Notes: a model not told the origin generated them from the letters alone. A stretch of 32,000 nucleotides of DNA from a cyanobacterium endosymbiont of Epithemia turgida isolate EtSB Lake Yunoko (GCF_000829235.1 NZ_AP012549.1:1590001-1622000); one strand, 5' to 3'. Shown: positions 1-10,092, counted from the stretch's first letter. Numbers and translations are program-made.

Positions 1-117
1 AAAGATAGAACAGAAGAAATTACAGCAGATGATTGGGCAAACGCTTTAGGAACTATTTCCTGGGAAATTCTTTGTGGGTTTAAATATCGACTTCCGCGAA
101 TTCTGATAGATTCATAA
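1..117 (+). CDS. 3' end of an unidentified protein-coding gene (partial, enters from left edge)
   Basis: Frame 1 is open from base 1 to TAA at 115-117 (KDRTEEITADDWANALGTISWEILCGFKYRLPRILIDS*). Composition is coding-like compared with the AT-rich spacer that follows. Too short for a family call. Confidence 0.4.
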   Translation, partial: KDRTEEITADDWANALGTISWEILCGFKYRLPRILIDS

Positions 118-188
118 GTCAACTGCCCTCAAGTTTTGGTTTATTAGCAACAGTCTAATATGCTTTAGAGATGTACCCTATAAAAGGT

Positions 189-239
189 CTCTCAGGCTCA
201 ATCCAATGAATCAATTATCCATTGGATTGAGCCTGAGAG
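189..239 (+). terminator. Long perfect hairpin downstream of the left-edge CDS (putative terminator or 3' stabiliser)
   Basis: CTCTCAGGCTCAATCCAATG (189-208) pairs perfectly with CATTGGATTGAGCCTGAGAG (220-239), with an 11-nt loop, 72 nt after the stop codon. No U-tract directly follows the stem, so function is inferred. Confidence 0.4.
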
Positions 240-1428
240 TTTAACAAAGTAAAATTAAGAGTTGAGATTTTTTTTAACACTTGTTATTTTCAGTGTATAA
301 AATGGGTTTCCCCAGGATTGGGGAATCTATGTGGACTATGAATAAACTGTGGTTTTCTCGTAATTCAAAGATGCTTAGAACCTAAAGTGACTTCATTAGT
401 TCAACTAATTACAGTGGTCAATGCGGACTTAACATTGATATGGCGAATTCCCTCACTCTAATATCATGACAACAACTATTGATGGATCTGTTAGCGTCTG
501 TCACATTCTTTACATTTTATTTGGAGCAGTTTTTTGTTAAGTAACATAGTCTGGTCAAGAACATTGCCAATAATTTATTAAGGGTAATTACAATTCTCGG
601 TAGATTGCCGTATTCAAGTAGCTATTAATGCTTGATATTTTGGTTGTTTTCTTGAAAGGGCGGGAGGATTTAAGTACATGCGAATTTATACGTTATTTTC
701 TACTAGTGGCGTTAGAGGATACTCTCTTATTTTTGTATAGTCGGAATTCCTCTATAGTTGCAAGTCACTACAGAATTATGATTCAATAATTTATCCATTC
801 ATTGTCAATATTTGAAAGTTTAGGGCAACTTTAGCTAATTTTTGATGATTATTTACAGTATTTTGTTCTACAAATAGCAATTACTCATGGTTTATCAGAA
901 AATATAATGTTGTTAATTATAGTGATGAGTTTTGCTAGATTTTTCGTACAAAATTTGTGTTGACATATTTGTAATCAATAATAGTTGTGACGTTTGTGTA
1001 TAATGCTATGATAATTTTGTGGTTAACTATACTTTTATTTAGGCTGTAAAAATGTTGATTTTAGACTGCTAATATTATCATATTTTTTTTATTTCATCTT
1101 TATTTCAATTTAGGCTTTAACAAAAACACAGAATAGCCAAAAACTTGATGGTTACTTTTTAAGTCGGACATCATCTTTAGGTAGTATGTGTTATTAATAA
1201 TATGGTGTCTATACTACGCTGTTATTTGCTCGCCATAAAGAGAATAGTTGGTAACTCAAGAAAATATATTGATATCGATGTTTTCTATTACACAAGAAGC
1301 TACAATTAACACATTATCTATTTAAGCTCATTGTTGCTTAAGTTCAAGAAAAAAAGTTACATTAAAATACTCTTTTATTTTCGCCGGGTTTTTAAAAAAT
1401 AATCGATCATAGATTGTTATTTATATCA

Positions 1429-2670
1429 TCATTTATTTCCTATTGCTTTTCCTGCTAACCAACCCGTAGTCCAGGCACTTTGTAAATTAAATCCTCCTGT
1501 CACTCCATCAATATCTACAACTTCTCCAGCCAAGTATAAATGAGCGCAAACTTTGCTTTCCATCGTTTTAAAATTAATTTCTTTTAAATTAACGCCTCCA
1601 CAAGTAACAAATTCTTCTTTAAAAACTCCCTTGTCTATAATTTCATATTGTCCTTGAGTTAGTTCTTTTGCTAACTTGATTATTTCCTTTTGAGATAGTT
1701 CTGACCAATGTTTTCTGCAATCGATAGTAGCATGTTCTAGTAGTTTTTGCCACAGTCTTCTGGGTAAATAGAAAGGGGAAAAGCTCGAAATTTGCTTATT
1801 TGATTTTTGATGTTGCAATTTAATAACTAACAGTCGTTGTTTGACTTTTTCAAAGTCATCAGGAAATAAAAAATTAATTAGTAGAAACATATTATATTTT
1901 TTTTTCTGTAATATTTTTGCTCCAAATGCAGATAATTTAAGAACTCCAAATCCACTAATACCCCAGTGGGTAATCAAAAGCGAGCCTGATTGTTGACATT
2001 GCTGTTTTCTTTCTGTTCCTAATAACTTTAATCCTACTTGATCTAGACCGATTCCTTCTAATCCTTGAAAACGAAAATCTTTGACTTTAAAGGTAAATAA
2101 AGATGGAAGAGGTGAGATTATTTTATGTCCTAAAGATTTTGCTAACTGATAGCCAATTATATTACTTCCTGTTGCAATTAAAACGCGATTACATTCTAAA
2201 ATCTTTCCTGTTTTTAACTCCACTTTAAAGTGATCATCTTTTTTTATTAAATTAATAACTTCTGAGTTAATATCAATATTAACTTTCGCTTTCTTAGCTG
2301 TTTTGATTAAACAATCAATAATGGTTTCTGAAGTATCAGTAACGGGGAAAACGCGACCGTCAGTTTCCGTTTTTAAAGCCACGCCCTGAGATTCGAACCA
2401 CTCAATCATATCTTTAGGTTGAAAGCGAGTAAATGCCCCTCGTAATTCCCTACCTCCTCTGGGATAATAAGTAACTAATTGTGCTGGATCGAAACAGTGG
2501 TGAGTAACATTACAACGTCCTCCCCCAGAAATACGAACTTTCGTTAATACTTTGGAAGTTGATTCTAGTAAAGTCACGCGACTATGGAGATGAGTTTGGG
2601 CGCAAGTGATAGCGGCAAAAAATCCCGCTGCTCCCCCTCCAATTACAATAATCTCTAATGAACTACTCAA
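1429..2670 (-). CDS. NAD(P)/FAD-dependent oxidoreductase, HI0933/YhiN (BaiN-like) flavoprotein family
   Basis: 413-aa ORF with an N-terminal dinucleotide-binding motif (IVIGGGAAGFFAA) and a C-terminal GEVVDIDGVTGGFNLQSAWTTG block typical of HI0933-like flavoproteins. Confidence 0.85.
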   Translation of the reverse strand: MSSSLEIIVIGGGAAGFFAAITCAQTHLHSRVTLLESTSKVLTKVRISGGGRCNVTHHCFDPAQLVTYYPRGGRELRGAFTRFQPKDMIEWFESQGVALKTETDGRVFPVTDTSETIIDCLIKTAKKAKVNIDINSEVINLIKKDDHFKVELKTGKILECNRVLIATGSNIIGYQLAKSLGHKIISPLPSLFTFKVKDFRFQGLEGIGLDQVGLKLLGTERKQQCQQSGSLLITHWGISGFGVLKLSAFGAKILQKKKYNMFLLINFLFPDDFEKVKQRLLVIKLQHQKSNKQISSFSPFYLPRRLWQKLLEHATIDCRKHWSELSQKEIIKLAKELTQGQYEIIDKGVFKEEFVTCGGVNLKEINFKTMESKVCAHLYLAGEVVDIDGVTGGFNLQSAWTTGWLAGKAIGNK

Positions 2671-2713
2671 CGTTAATTCTTTACTCTTTTACTTCATTCT
2701 ATCAATGGTTTTA

Positions 2714-2945
2714 TTTTGTTAACCTTTGTAATTAACTGATGACCTATCCCTCTTTACCTAAAAATCTTCTATTGATTTAGGGACAAAAGATCATTTAGCT
2801 TCACCTACTATAGTTGTTAGATAAAAATTTTAGTCTTGATTGTTGCGGTTGCTATTTCAGATAATCGTTAACCTCATTACATTTTAACTGAGACAGTGAG
2901 AATAACAACCGTGTTTTTAAATCTCGTCGAACTGACGTTTAATCA
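2714..2945 (+). mobile_element. Solo 3'-terminal fragment of an IS982-like element (second copy of the repeat at 20944-21180, opposite orientation)
   Basis: Exact blocks are shared with the reverse complement of 20944-21180: TTTTGTTAACCTTTGT (2714-2729), GAGAATAACAACCGT (2898-2912) and TTTTTAAATCTCGTCGAA (2914-2931). The 5' part translates as FVNLCN*LMTYPSL, matching the decayed transposase C-terminus FVNLCSRLISYAHL of the other copy. Confidence 0.6.
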
Positions 2946-3459
2946 TAGCTACTTTTTGTGCGTTGTCTGTAAGAAACACTAACTCCTGATATATCTATTT
3001 AGGAGCTGTAGTGACGGGTAACATAAGTAAACTCAATATAAATACGATTCATGGTAACTCCTAATTTATCTTTGATTTCCTAACATAAATCTTTATTTAT
3101 ATATTTAGTTTGTTCTGAAGTGATTTTGGCAATATTTTAAATTTCTCCATAATAAACTGGATAAAAAATTACTCCAAAAGTTATTTTAACATTAGGTTGA
3201 AAATCAGTAATTACATAAGTTTCTAGTTTACAAAATGCTTATCCATCTAAAATAAAAAACTTGCTGATAAGCTTTCCACAACAGATAAACTAGTTTCGTA
3301 AACAGATGATTTTACCTTAAATAAATAGGATTTTACTCTCTAATACTTTTCAACTACTGATAAGAGCAACAAAAAGAAATCGATGAAATAACAAAAAGAA
3401 AAGTAAATAGTCGATAAACTAATTGATTGCTTGCTAATTACTGTTTACTGACAACTGAT

Positions 3460-3942
3460 TTAACCACCATATTGCCAACCCGTACTTTCTAATAATAAAG
3501 GGTTTCCTTCACGATAAATTTCTGCACTAATAACCTCCCCAACAAAGACTGTATGATCTCCTTTTTCTACAAAACCCACCACTTGACATTCCACATAACC
3601 AAGAGAATCTTTGATGATAGGACATCCGGTTTCATTTCCCTCAACGAATTCTACATCTTCAAGTTTATTTCCAACACGACGTTTAGGTTTAAAAAATTTA
3701 GCAGCTAATTCTTTTTGTCCGTCTTCAAGGAAACTCAAGGTAAAAACACCACTTTTTTTAAGTATTTTGTGAGAACCAGAATCATTTCTTACGCAATTAA
3801 TGACTAAAGGAGGATCAAATGAACTTTGCATTACCCAACTGGCAGTAAATCCATTTAATTCCTCTCCATCCTTGACACCACAGATATAAAGTCCGTGAGG
3901 AATTTTGCGCAACATGGTTTTCTTCGCTTGTTCGTCTAACAA
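3460..3942 (-). CDS. Flavin reductase-like FMN-binding domain protein
   Basis: 160-aa ORF resembling flavin reductase domain proteins (GLYICGV...NGFTASWVMQSSFDPPLV...GDHTVFVGEV). Family-level call only. Confidence 0.8.
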   Translation of the reverse strand: MLDEQAKKTMLRKIPHGLYICGVKDGEELNGFTASWVMQSSFDPPLVINCVRNDSGSHKILKKSGVFTLSFLEDGQKELAAKFFKPKRRVGNKLEDVEFVEGNETGCPIIKDSLGYVECQVVGFVEKGDHTVFVGEVISAEIYREGNPLLLESTGWQYGG

Positions 3943-4120
3943 TGTTTCTTGTCTCCGTAACTTATGAATCTTTGTTCATATGGTACCAAAAATTATGACT
4001 AAATTATCACCAAATATACTAAGCTTAACTGTTATACTATTAATAGTTAAATTATAAACAACAACAAAACTCCTAGTTTGTTGATGATAGTTTTATATAA
4101 ATGATAAAGCTGGGAACTTG

Positions 4121-5374
4121 TTAGCTCAGGCTATCTTGCAGATTATAAAACAAAGTTGCTAGAATTCTATTAGAAAATAGAAATCCTTCAGGATCAGTTA
4201 ATTTTAAATTAGTATTTTCTGGTATTGCTTTTATATCCTCTAAAACTATCTTTTTTTTCTGTTCATCAATTAAATTAATTAAATTTTGCTGGTAATAAGT
4301 AGACAGACAAGATACTATTCTATGAGTTATTTCTTTACCAAAATCTGCTTTTACTAAAGATAAATTTATACCTTCAGACAACCTTAATTTTAGCATTAAA
4401 CTTTCCAGTAGAATATCTATATTAGATAATTTAGGACAATCGATAAAACCGCCTGATTGTGATAACTGATTTACCCACGAATAATAATATTTTCGGGTAC
4501 GAGGACGAGTAAAGCGTTGTTGGTTTGTATAGCTGGCTGCTCCCATTCCAAAGCCATAGTAAGGCTGATTTTCCCAATAAACGCGGTTATGACGACACTG
4601 GTAGCCTAGTTTAGCATAATTAGAAATTTCATAATGTTGATATCCTGCTTCAGTCAATAATTGTTGACCAAGACGGTACATTGTTGCGGTTGTCTCATCA
4701 GTAGGTAATGGACTTTTTCCGGTTTGATATCGTTTCTTAAAAACTGTAACAGGTTCAAGAACTAAATCATAACAAGATAAATGGGATGGGTTAATTCTTA
4801 TCGCAGTTTCTAAAGAAATTTGCCAGTCTTCTAACGTTTGGTGAGGCAACCCTGATATTATATCAATACTAAAATTTGTAAAGTTAACTTTATTAATCCA
4901 ATCTATAGCTCTAAAAATATCATCAACCCGATGAGTTCTTCCGCAAATTTCTAACAAATTATCTTGAAACCCTTGACAACCTAAACTAATTCTATTGATC
5001 CCTACAATTTGATAATTTTGTAATTGTTTAAGACTAAAAGTTCCAGGATCTGCCTCTAAAGAAATTTCTGCATCAGGAATAATACCTAAATGTTTATCTA
5101 AAGTTATTAAAATCTTTTCTAGATGAAATGGAGATAATAAAGATGGAGTTCCTCCTCCAAAAAAAATAGTTTTTAAGAGACTATTTTGAGATGGAGTAGC
5201 GGTAATCTCTCGACATAATACTTCCACGTATTCGGAAATAGAAGAAGATTTTTCAATATTTATTTTATTTCCTAACACCGATATCGGAAAATCACAATAA
5301 TAGCAACGACGACGACAAAAAGGGATATGTATATAAGCTGCCTCAGGAAGATTACTTAATTTCATGTATTTCAC
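4121..5374 (-). CDS. hemW: Radical-SAM HemN-family protein (HemW-like heme chaperone / oxygen-independent coproporphyrinogen oxidase-like)
   Basis: 417-aa ORF with the radical-SAM cysteine motif in YIHIPFCRRRCYYCDF, a downstream FFGGGTPS block and a HemN-type C-terminal region. The start could be M1 or M4. Confidence 0.85.
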   Translation of the reverse strand: MKYMKLSNLPEAAYIHIPFCRRRCYYCDFPISVLGNKINIEKSSSISEYVEVLCREITATPSQNSLLKTIFFGGGTPSLLSPFHLEKILITLDKHLGIIPDAEISLEADPGTFSLKQLQNYQIVGINRISLGCQGFQDNLLEICGRTHRVDDIFRAIDWINKVNFTNFSIDIISGLPHQTLEDWQISLETAIRINPSHLSCYDLVLEPVTVFKKRYQTGKSPLPTDETTATMYRLGQQLLTEAGYQHYEISNYAKLGYQCRHNRVYWENQPYYGFGMGAASYTNQQRFTRPRTRKYYYSWVNQLSQSGGFIDCPKLSNIDILLESLMLKLRLSEGINLSLVKADFGKEITHRIVSCLSTYYQQNLINLIDEQKKKIVLEDIKAIPENTNLKLTDPEGFLFSNRILATLFYNLQDSLS

Positions 5375-6674
5375 AATATAAAGGAATTTTATGAAAAAAA
5401 TTAAAAACTTATTGATAATTTAACTGATTTTTTTAACCTTATTAATCTTAAAATCAAGAAGAATAAGGCTGAAGGTAATAAAATGTAATGGATAGATTAA
5501 TTTATTCCTATATAAAATCCAGAAAATATCTTAATTTTGAAACCTAAACTTACTAAATATTGATGTATTATTAGACTTATACTTGAGTTAATTGTTATTC
5601 TTATATTTATTCTAGTAGCTGCTGAAATCGGTTTTAATAACATTAATTCTTTACCATATGTTGTTCGATATCAAGTCCCTAATTTGAAAACATTACACTG
5701 ATTAATACTTGTTTGACCTCAATTATTTGGACTGGACTCTGGCTTAGTAGCTCAAACCAAATATCGTCGTTTGTAAAATAGAATTAGTAGCACCTCCATT
5801 GAAGTTATTTTGAAACGGGCTGTGGGGCTAGTCATTAGGTTATTAATTTCTAATTTCCTGTTAGCCTCTATATTTTTACTCCCTATTCCCAGACAATTGA
5901 TCTTCATCAAACTAATGGTTGGTATCTTAGGGAGTGTTGTATTGTCCTTCATGGGGATTAGTTTAACCGATACTCATAGACGCACCTTACTACGACTGAT
6001 TAACCTCAATAGTATTAAAACGATGTAGTGTCCGAAGGGACGTTAAAACCAGCCTCTACTAAGGTTCTTGATACCAGTTGGATCATTAACGGTCGTATCG
6101 AATAACTTCTCAAAACCGGATTTATTGAAAGACAGTTGCTAGTTCCCTAATTTGTCTTACAGGAATTACAACAACTAGCCAATGCAAGTCATGATAAAAA
6201 AGAATTTGGGGACGGCAAGAGTCAGACATCCTCAACCTAATACAAGAGGCATTTCCTCAACTTATTCATTCAGTAGATCATGAGGAGATTACTACCGTTG
6301 ATGCTAAATTGGTATATTTAGTTCAATAAATTCACCTAATATTGCTAACAAGTGACTATAATCTAAGTAAAGTAGCCAATTTACAAAAAGTGGTTATTCT
6401 TAATAATAATGATATCGCTCAAGTTATTCGCCCTATTTATCTCCTAATAAATATCCTAGACAAACAATATTCTCAGATAATCCCACGAATTCACACGGTG
6501 GGGTTTTTCATTGATTATTTTTTACCCATCGATTTATAATAATATCGAATTGAATGTCTCTGAAAAAACTTCAGTTACCATTTTTAGTAGGCAGCCTATT
6601 ATAAATAGGGGCAATTTTTTGTTCCCTTTCTGAGTTGACCATCGTGAATATACTCCATAAATTGCTGAGGGCAC

Positions 6675-6710
6675 TATCATTTTACTTTATAGACATAAAG
6701 TAAAATGATA
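6675..6710 (-). terminator. Perfect 16-bp AT-rich hairpin 62 nt downstream of the cnfR stop (putative terminator)
   Basis: TATCATTTTACTTTAT (6675-6690), loop AGAC, ATAAAGTAAAATGATA (6695-6710). No U-tract on the minus strand, so terminator function is inferred. Confidence 0.4.
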
Positions 6711-6771
6711 AGATCAATACTTTTATTCTCTGGTAAAAACTATCTTATACATATATTAATTCTTCAGAATT

Positions 6772-8373
6772 TTACCTTAATCCTAAAACGTTCTGTAGGA
6801 TCGCTCTATCTTCAGGTTTTGCAGAAAACCGTCCTCTTTCCAAATCTCGAATCCAACTTTGACTTTTCCCCAATTTTTCTGCCAATGCCCTTTGACTCAT
6901 TCCTTGACGTTGCCTGGCAGTTAAAATTTGTTCAGCCGTGAGATTAGATAATTTTTTAGAACGACTTTTCCGGTTAGTAAGTTGTTGTTTTTTACGCTCA
7001 AATTTAGCCAGTTGTTCTTCCCATTCCGGGGGTAATTCAAAATTACGAATGCGCGCTTTCATTAACTGATTCCATTTGCCACGACGACCGGCATCAGTAA
7101 CGCGATTCTCTTGAGAACCGTCATTAATCCAAAAGTCTAAGGCTTCATCAGCATCATCAGGTAAATCCGCCAATTTTACCCACATCGGTTGAATGATTTC
7201 AGGATAGGAAACAGGATCAAAAACAGCTTTAATACCATAATGGTTAAGCACTTCGAGGTCACTTTCGAAAGAACGAATGAGTCGCTTTCGTTGTTCCCGT
7301 TGCAAGTTTGACTGATTGATTTTTCCTTGACCATAGGCTACTCGCATTAAGGTAGAAACTGTTAAACATTGTTTTCTACCCATTTTACTTTTAAATAGCA
7401 ACCACAACATAATCCGAACTGCTCCTTGATGTTGCTGCCAAATACTCATGACTGTCGTCAAAAGAAACTTAGGCAATGACCCATATTGATAAAAAGCAAT
7501 CCGTCGTTTGTAACCTTGTTTGTTCAAAAAATATTTTGCCCACAGTCCTGGTTTTATGGTGAAAGTTAGTCCAATTAAATGTTGACATCCCGAGTCGTCT
7601 TGCTGAAAATGATGTTGAATATCTAAAATATGCCATAGGGGACTTTCAGGAACCGTAAATCCCTCAAGTTGTCCTTGTTTTGGCCAATCAACCGTTACTC
7701 TAAGTTGTCCTGGTTGTTGTACTAATGTTTTAATTAACGATAGCTTTGTCGCTTTACTAAGATCTTTACGTTTATCTAAACCTAAATAATCTTCAACTTG
7801 TTGATCACTAATAATAAACTCTTGCTCCCAAGGTTGATCTAATGTAGTTGCATAAGCTGAAAAAATAAGATGTAAACTTGCAGAACGAATATCAATTGTT
7901 TCTAAGTTAGAAACATTAGATGCATAGTTACACGCTTCAGAAGAAGCTGATTCTAAAGTATCATTTAATCGAAAGATCATGGTCCCACGACCTTGTTTAA
8001 CCTCTCGTTGGTAATATAGTGCTCCATTATCGTCTTTTTTCCAAGGCAACACCGCCGCACTAGTTAACACATTGCATCCTTCCCAAATAACCATTGATGA
8101 TGCAAATGGAGTATCATTTCCATTGACAAAAAGCTCATCAGAGGTTGCTATTCTCGAAACACTTTTATATCTACCTTTTTTTGCTTGAACAGGAAGAGGA
8201 CTACTGATGGGACATTGGACAATACATTGAGGTTCTGAGAAATAGCCTTCACAATTGTTACATAGTCCCTGGTCAATCAGATACTCTCCATCCTTGACTT
8301 GAATTGCCCCAGTAGGACATTTTATTTGACAGGGGGTACAGCTTGGACAACTGTTGGCAATTGTATAGGACAT
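6772..8373 (-). CDS. cnfR: PatB/CnfR-type transcriptional activator: N-terminal 2[4Fe-4S] ferredoxin domain fused to a C-terminal XRE-type HTH
   Basis: 533-aa ORF. Residues 9-20 CPSCTPCQIKCP (Cx2Cx2Cx3CP) and 38-55 CNNCEGYFSEPQCIVQCP (Cx2Cx8Cx3CP). C-terminal HTH: GMSQRALAEKLGKSQSWIRDLERGR. Size and domain order match PatB of Anabaena PCC 7120 and CnfR of Leptolyngbya boryana. Confidence 0.8.
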   Translation of the reverse strand: MSYTIANSCPSCTPCQIKCPTGAIQVKDGEYLIDQGLCNNCEGYFSEPQCIVQCPISSPLPVQAKKGRYKSVSRIATSDELFVNGNDTPFASSMVIWEGCNVLTSAAVLPWKKDDNGALYYQREVKQGRGTMIFRLNDTLESASSEACNYASNVSNLETIDIRSASLHLIFSAYATTLDQPWEQEFIISDQQVEDYLGLDKRKDLSKATKLSLIKTLVQQPGQLRVTVDWPKQGQLEGFTVPESPLWHILDIQHHFQQDDSGCQHLIGLTFTIKPGLWAKYFLNKQGYKRRIAFYQYGSLPKFLLTTVMSIWQQHQGAVRIMLWLLFKSKMGRKQCLTVSTLMRVAYGQGKINQSNLQREQRKRLIRSFESDLEVLNHYGIKAVFDPVSYPEIIQPMWVKLADLPDDADEALDFWINDGSQENRVTDAGRRGKWNQLMKARIRNFELPPEWEEQLAKFERKKQQLTNRKSRSKKLSNLTAEQILTARQRQGMSQRALAEKLGKSQSWIRDLERGRFSAKPEDRAILQNVLGLR

Positions 8374-9248
8374 AGCACTTTCTGCAGAATTATAATTCGT
8401 AAAAAAATCAGCATCTCAAATTTAAGATGGACTTGATATAACATAAATTTTGCTCATCTAGTTTAATTGACAAATTTATCAAATATCAATCAGAAAATTA
8501 CCTTCTAATTTTGTATTTGGAAGATCATTTCCTGATTTTAATAACCAGAAACCGACAAGCAAATCTATCAAAATTGAAAACCCTATAAAACGACCACCAC
8601 AATCGCTGAGTATAGTCATCTTTAGATAATTAGTGAACGATATCAAGAAGCATGATTATCTGTATTTCATCAAAAATAATATATGTCACCCTGAACGTTC
8701 ACTTTTGTTACCCGTTTATGCTATACGATGAAACTACTCCTGTTCCCAATATTATTCACGAGATACGCGACATTCTGTTTACAATGAACATTGTATGATA
8801 ATTTACTATCTATAAATTATGCTTGTAATTTTTCTAGATTCATTGTCTAAGATTATTCTAAGGATGCAACCTTTTATATTGTATATGAAATTAGCAGTAA
8901 CAGTTATTTATAAAATAAATAGTAAAATGACATAAACAGCTATTCTAGACTGAAAATATTAGATTAACAACTAATAACTTCCAATATTTTTATCCCGACT
9001 GTACTCTATAACTCAAGTTCTTACATAGAAAAAAGCCTTTATAATCCTGGAAACTTTAAAAAAAGACTTTAAGTTGTTTTATGATATTTTTTTATATCTA
9101 ATCTAGAAAGGCTATATTAATTTATCTATTAAAGAAGTGAGTTTGAATAAATAAAAAATATAAAAATAAAAATCAATTACTATCAATCTGCCTATCAATT
9201 AAGCTAAAAAAATTGAGGAAAACAATAACTGTAAAAGCAGTAAATGTA

Positions 9249-9278
9249 GAAAATATAAAAATAGAAAATATAAAAATA
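9249..9278. repeat. Tandem duplication of a 15-mer (GAAAATATAAAAATA x2) in an AT-rich spacer
   Basis: Copies at 9249-9263 and 9264-9278 are identical. A related AAAAATATAAAAATAAAAAT run lies near 9153. Confidence 0.7.
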
Positions 9279-10092
9279 ATAAATAGTAAAGCAGCTATAA
9301 GTTTGAAGAAAAAGGATTTCAAGTAAAATTGAATAGGTTGGTATAGATTTTGAGAAACATATAGGAATGTTATCAATTAATTAATATTATTTTTGAATAA
9401 AAAAACAAAAAAATTCTATTTTTAAAAAAAGAAGAAGTATGTGAAACCAAAAAACACAGTCAAGACAAAAGAATAGAAAAAGTAATTATTGCTGCGAACA
9501 ACTTAGTTCATACAATTAATTAAGATAAAGTCAAACTAAAATAAAAAAAATTATATCTCGTTTCTTTGCTAACTTATAGTTTAAAACTAAATATAATAGC
9601 AGGGCAATAGGATCAAAGAAAAATTTATAAAGTAGGATCAGTGTTTGGAAGGTAACACGATTGAGCGAAGATTATTGAACAAAGTTTTGCTCAAAATAAT
9701 TATCATAAATAATTTTAATGAAAGCAATAAAAAACTGAATCTAGTTACTTAAATATAGAGAAATAAAAAAAATTTCGATGTTTATTTGGAGCTATTCACT
9801 TAGTAACTGTTTTAGAAAATGTTCTTCCCTTTTTATTTTTTATCACCTATTTATCTAAAATTGATAATAACATTGAGAGAATGTACTTGCCAATTACTTC
9901 GAGTTGATTGTAAAGTAATTTTGGTAAAATCGATTACTAATAATTTTTAAAAAATAATTGAGCTATTAGTGATTTTACCGTACTGAGCCGTTGTATATTT
10001 ACAACTTGGGTGTAGTCTAAGTCTATAAAAGTTGTCAATTTATCTCTCCTATCACTCCCTCTTTCTCTTAGTCTTAATTACCAATTTAGATA

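Noticed and set aside
960-1004. Perfect TTGACA (960-965) and TATAAT (999-1004) hexamers
   Set aside because: They are 33 bp apart, which is incompatible with a sigma-70 promoter. TATAAT-like strings are ubiquitous in this AT-rich DNA, so I did not call promoters anywhere.
2999-3052. 17-codon minus-strand ORF (MNRIYIEFTYVTRHYSS*) preceded by TAGGAG 5 nt upstream
   Set aside because: The Shine-Dalgarno-like context is attractive, but the ORF is too short, has no recognisable peptide class and no conservation evidence is available.
6342-6539. 65-codon TTG-start ORF
   Set aside because: Only a faint LRR-like string (NLSKVANLQKVVILNNNDI). Insufficient to call a gene or a pseudogene.
6705-6941. 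78-codon plus-strand ORF
   Set aside because: Antisense shadow ORF overlapping the 3' end of cnfR. Low-complexity translation and no motif.
8793-8806. GTATGATAATTTAC, a perfect NtcA-type GTA-N8-TAC palindrome about 420 bp upstream of cnfR
   Set aside because: Only six specified bases in very AT-rich DNA, so several chance matches are expected in this window. I found no TAN3T -10 box about 22 nt downstream toward cnfR. Worth a look only if a TSS maps nearby.
9249-9278. Tandem repeats as a possible CRISPR or minisatellite
   Set aside because: Only two adjacent copies with no spacers, and low-complexity A/T. Not a CRISPR array.
9173-9376. 67-codon hydrophobic ORF (FIIFIFSIFIFS...)
   Set aside because: Translation of a poly-A/T low-complexity tract that includes the tandem 15-mer. 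Not credible as a gene.
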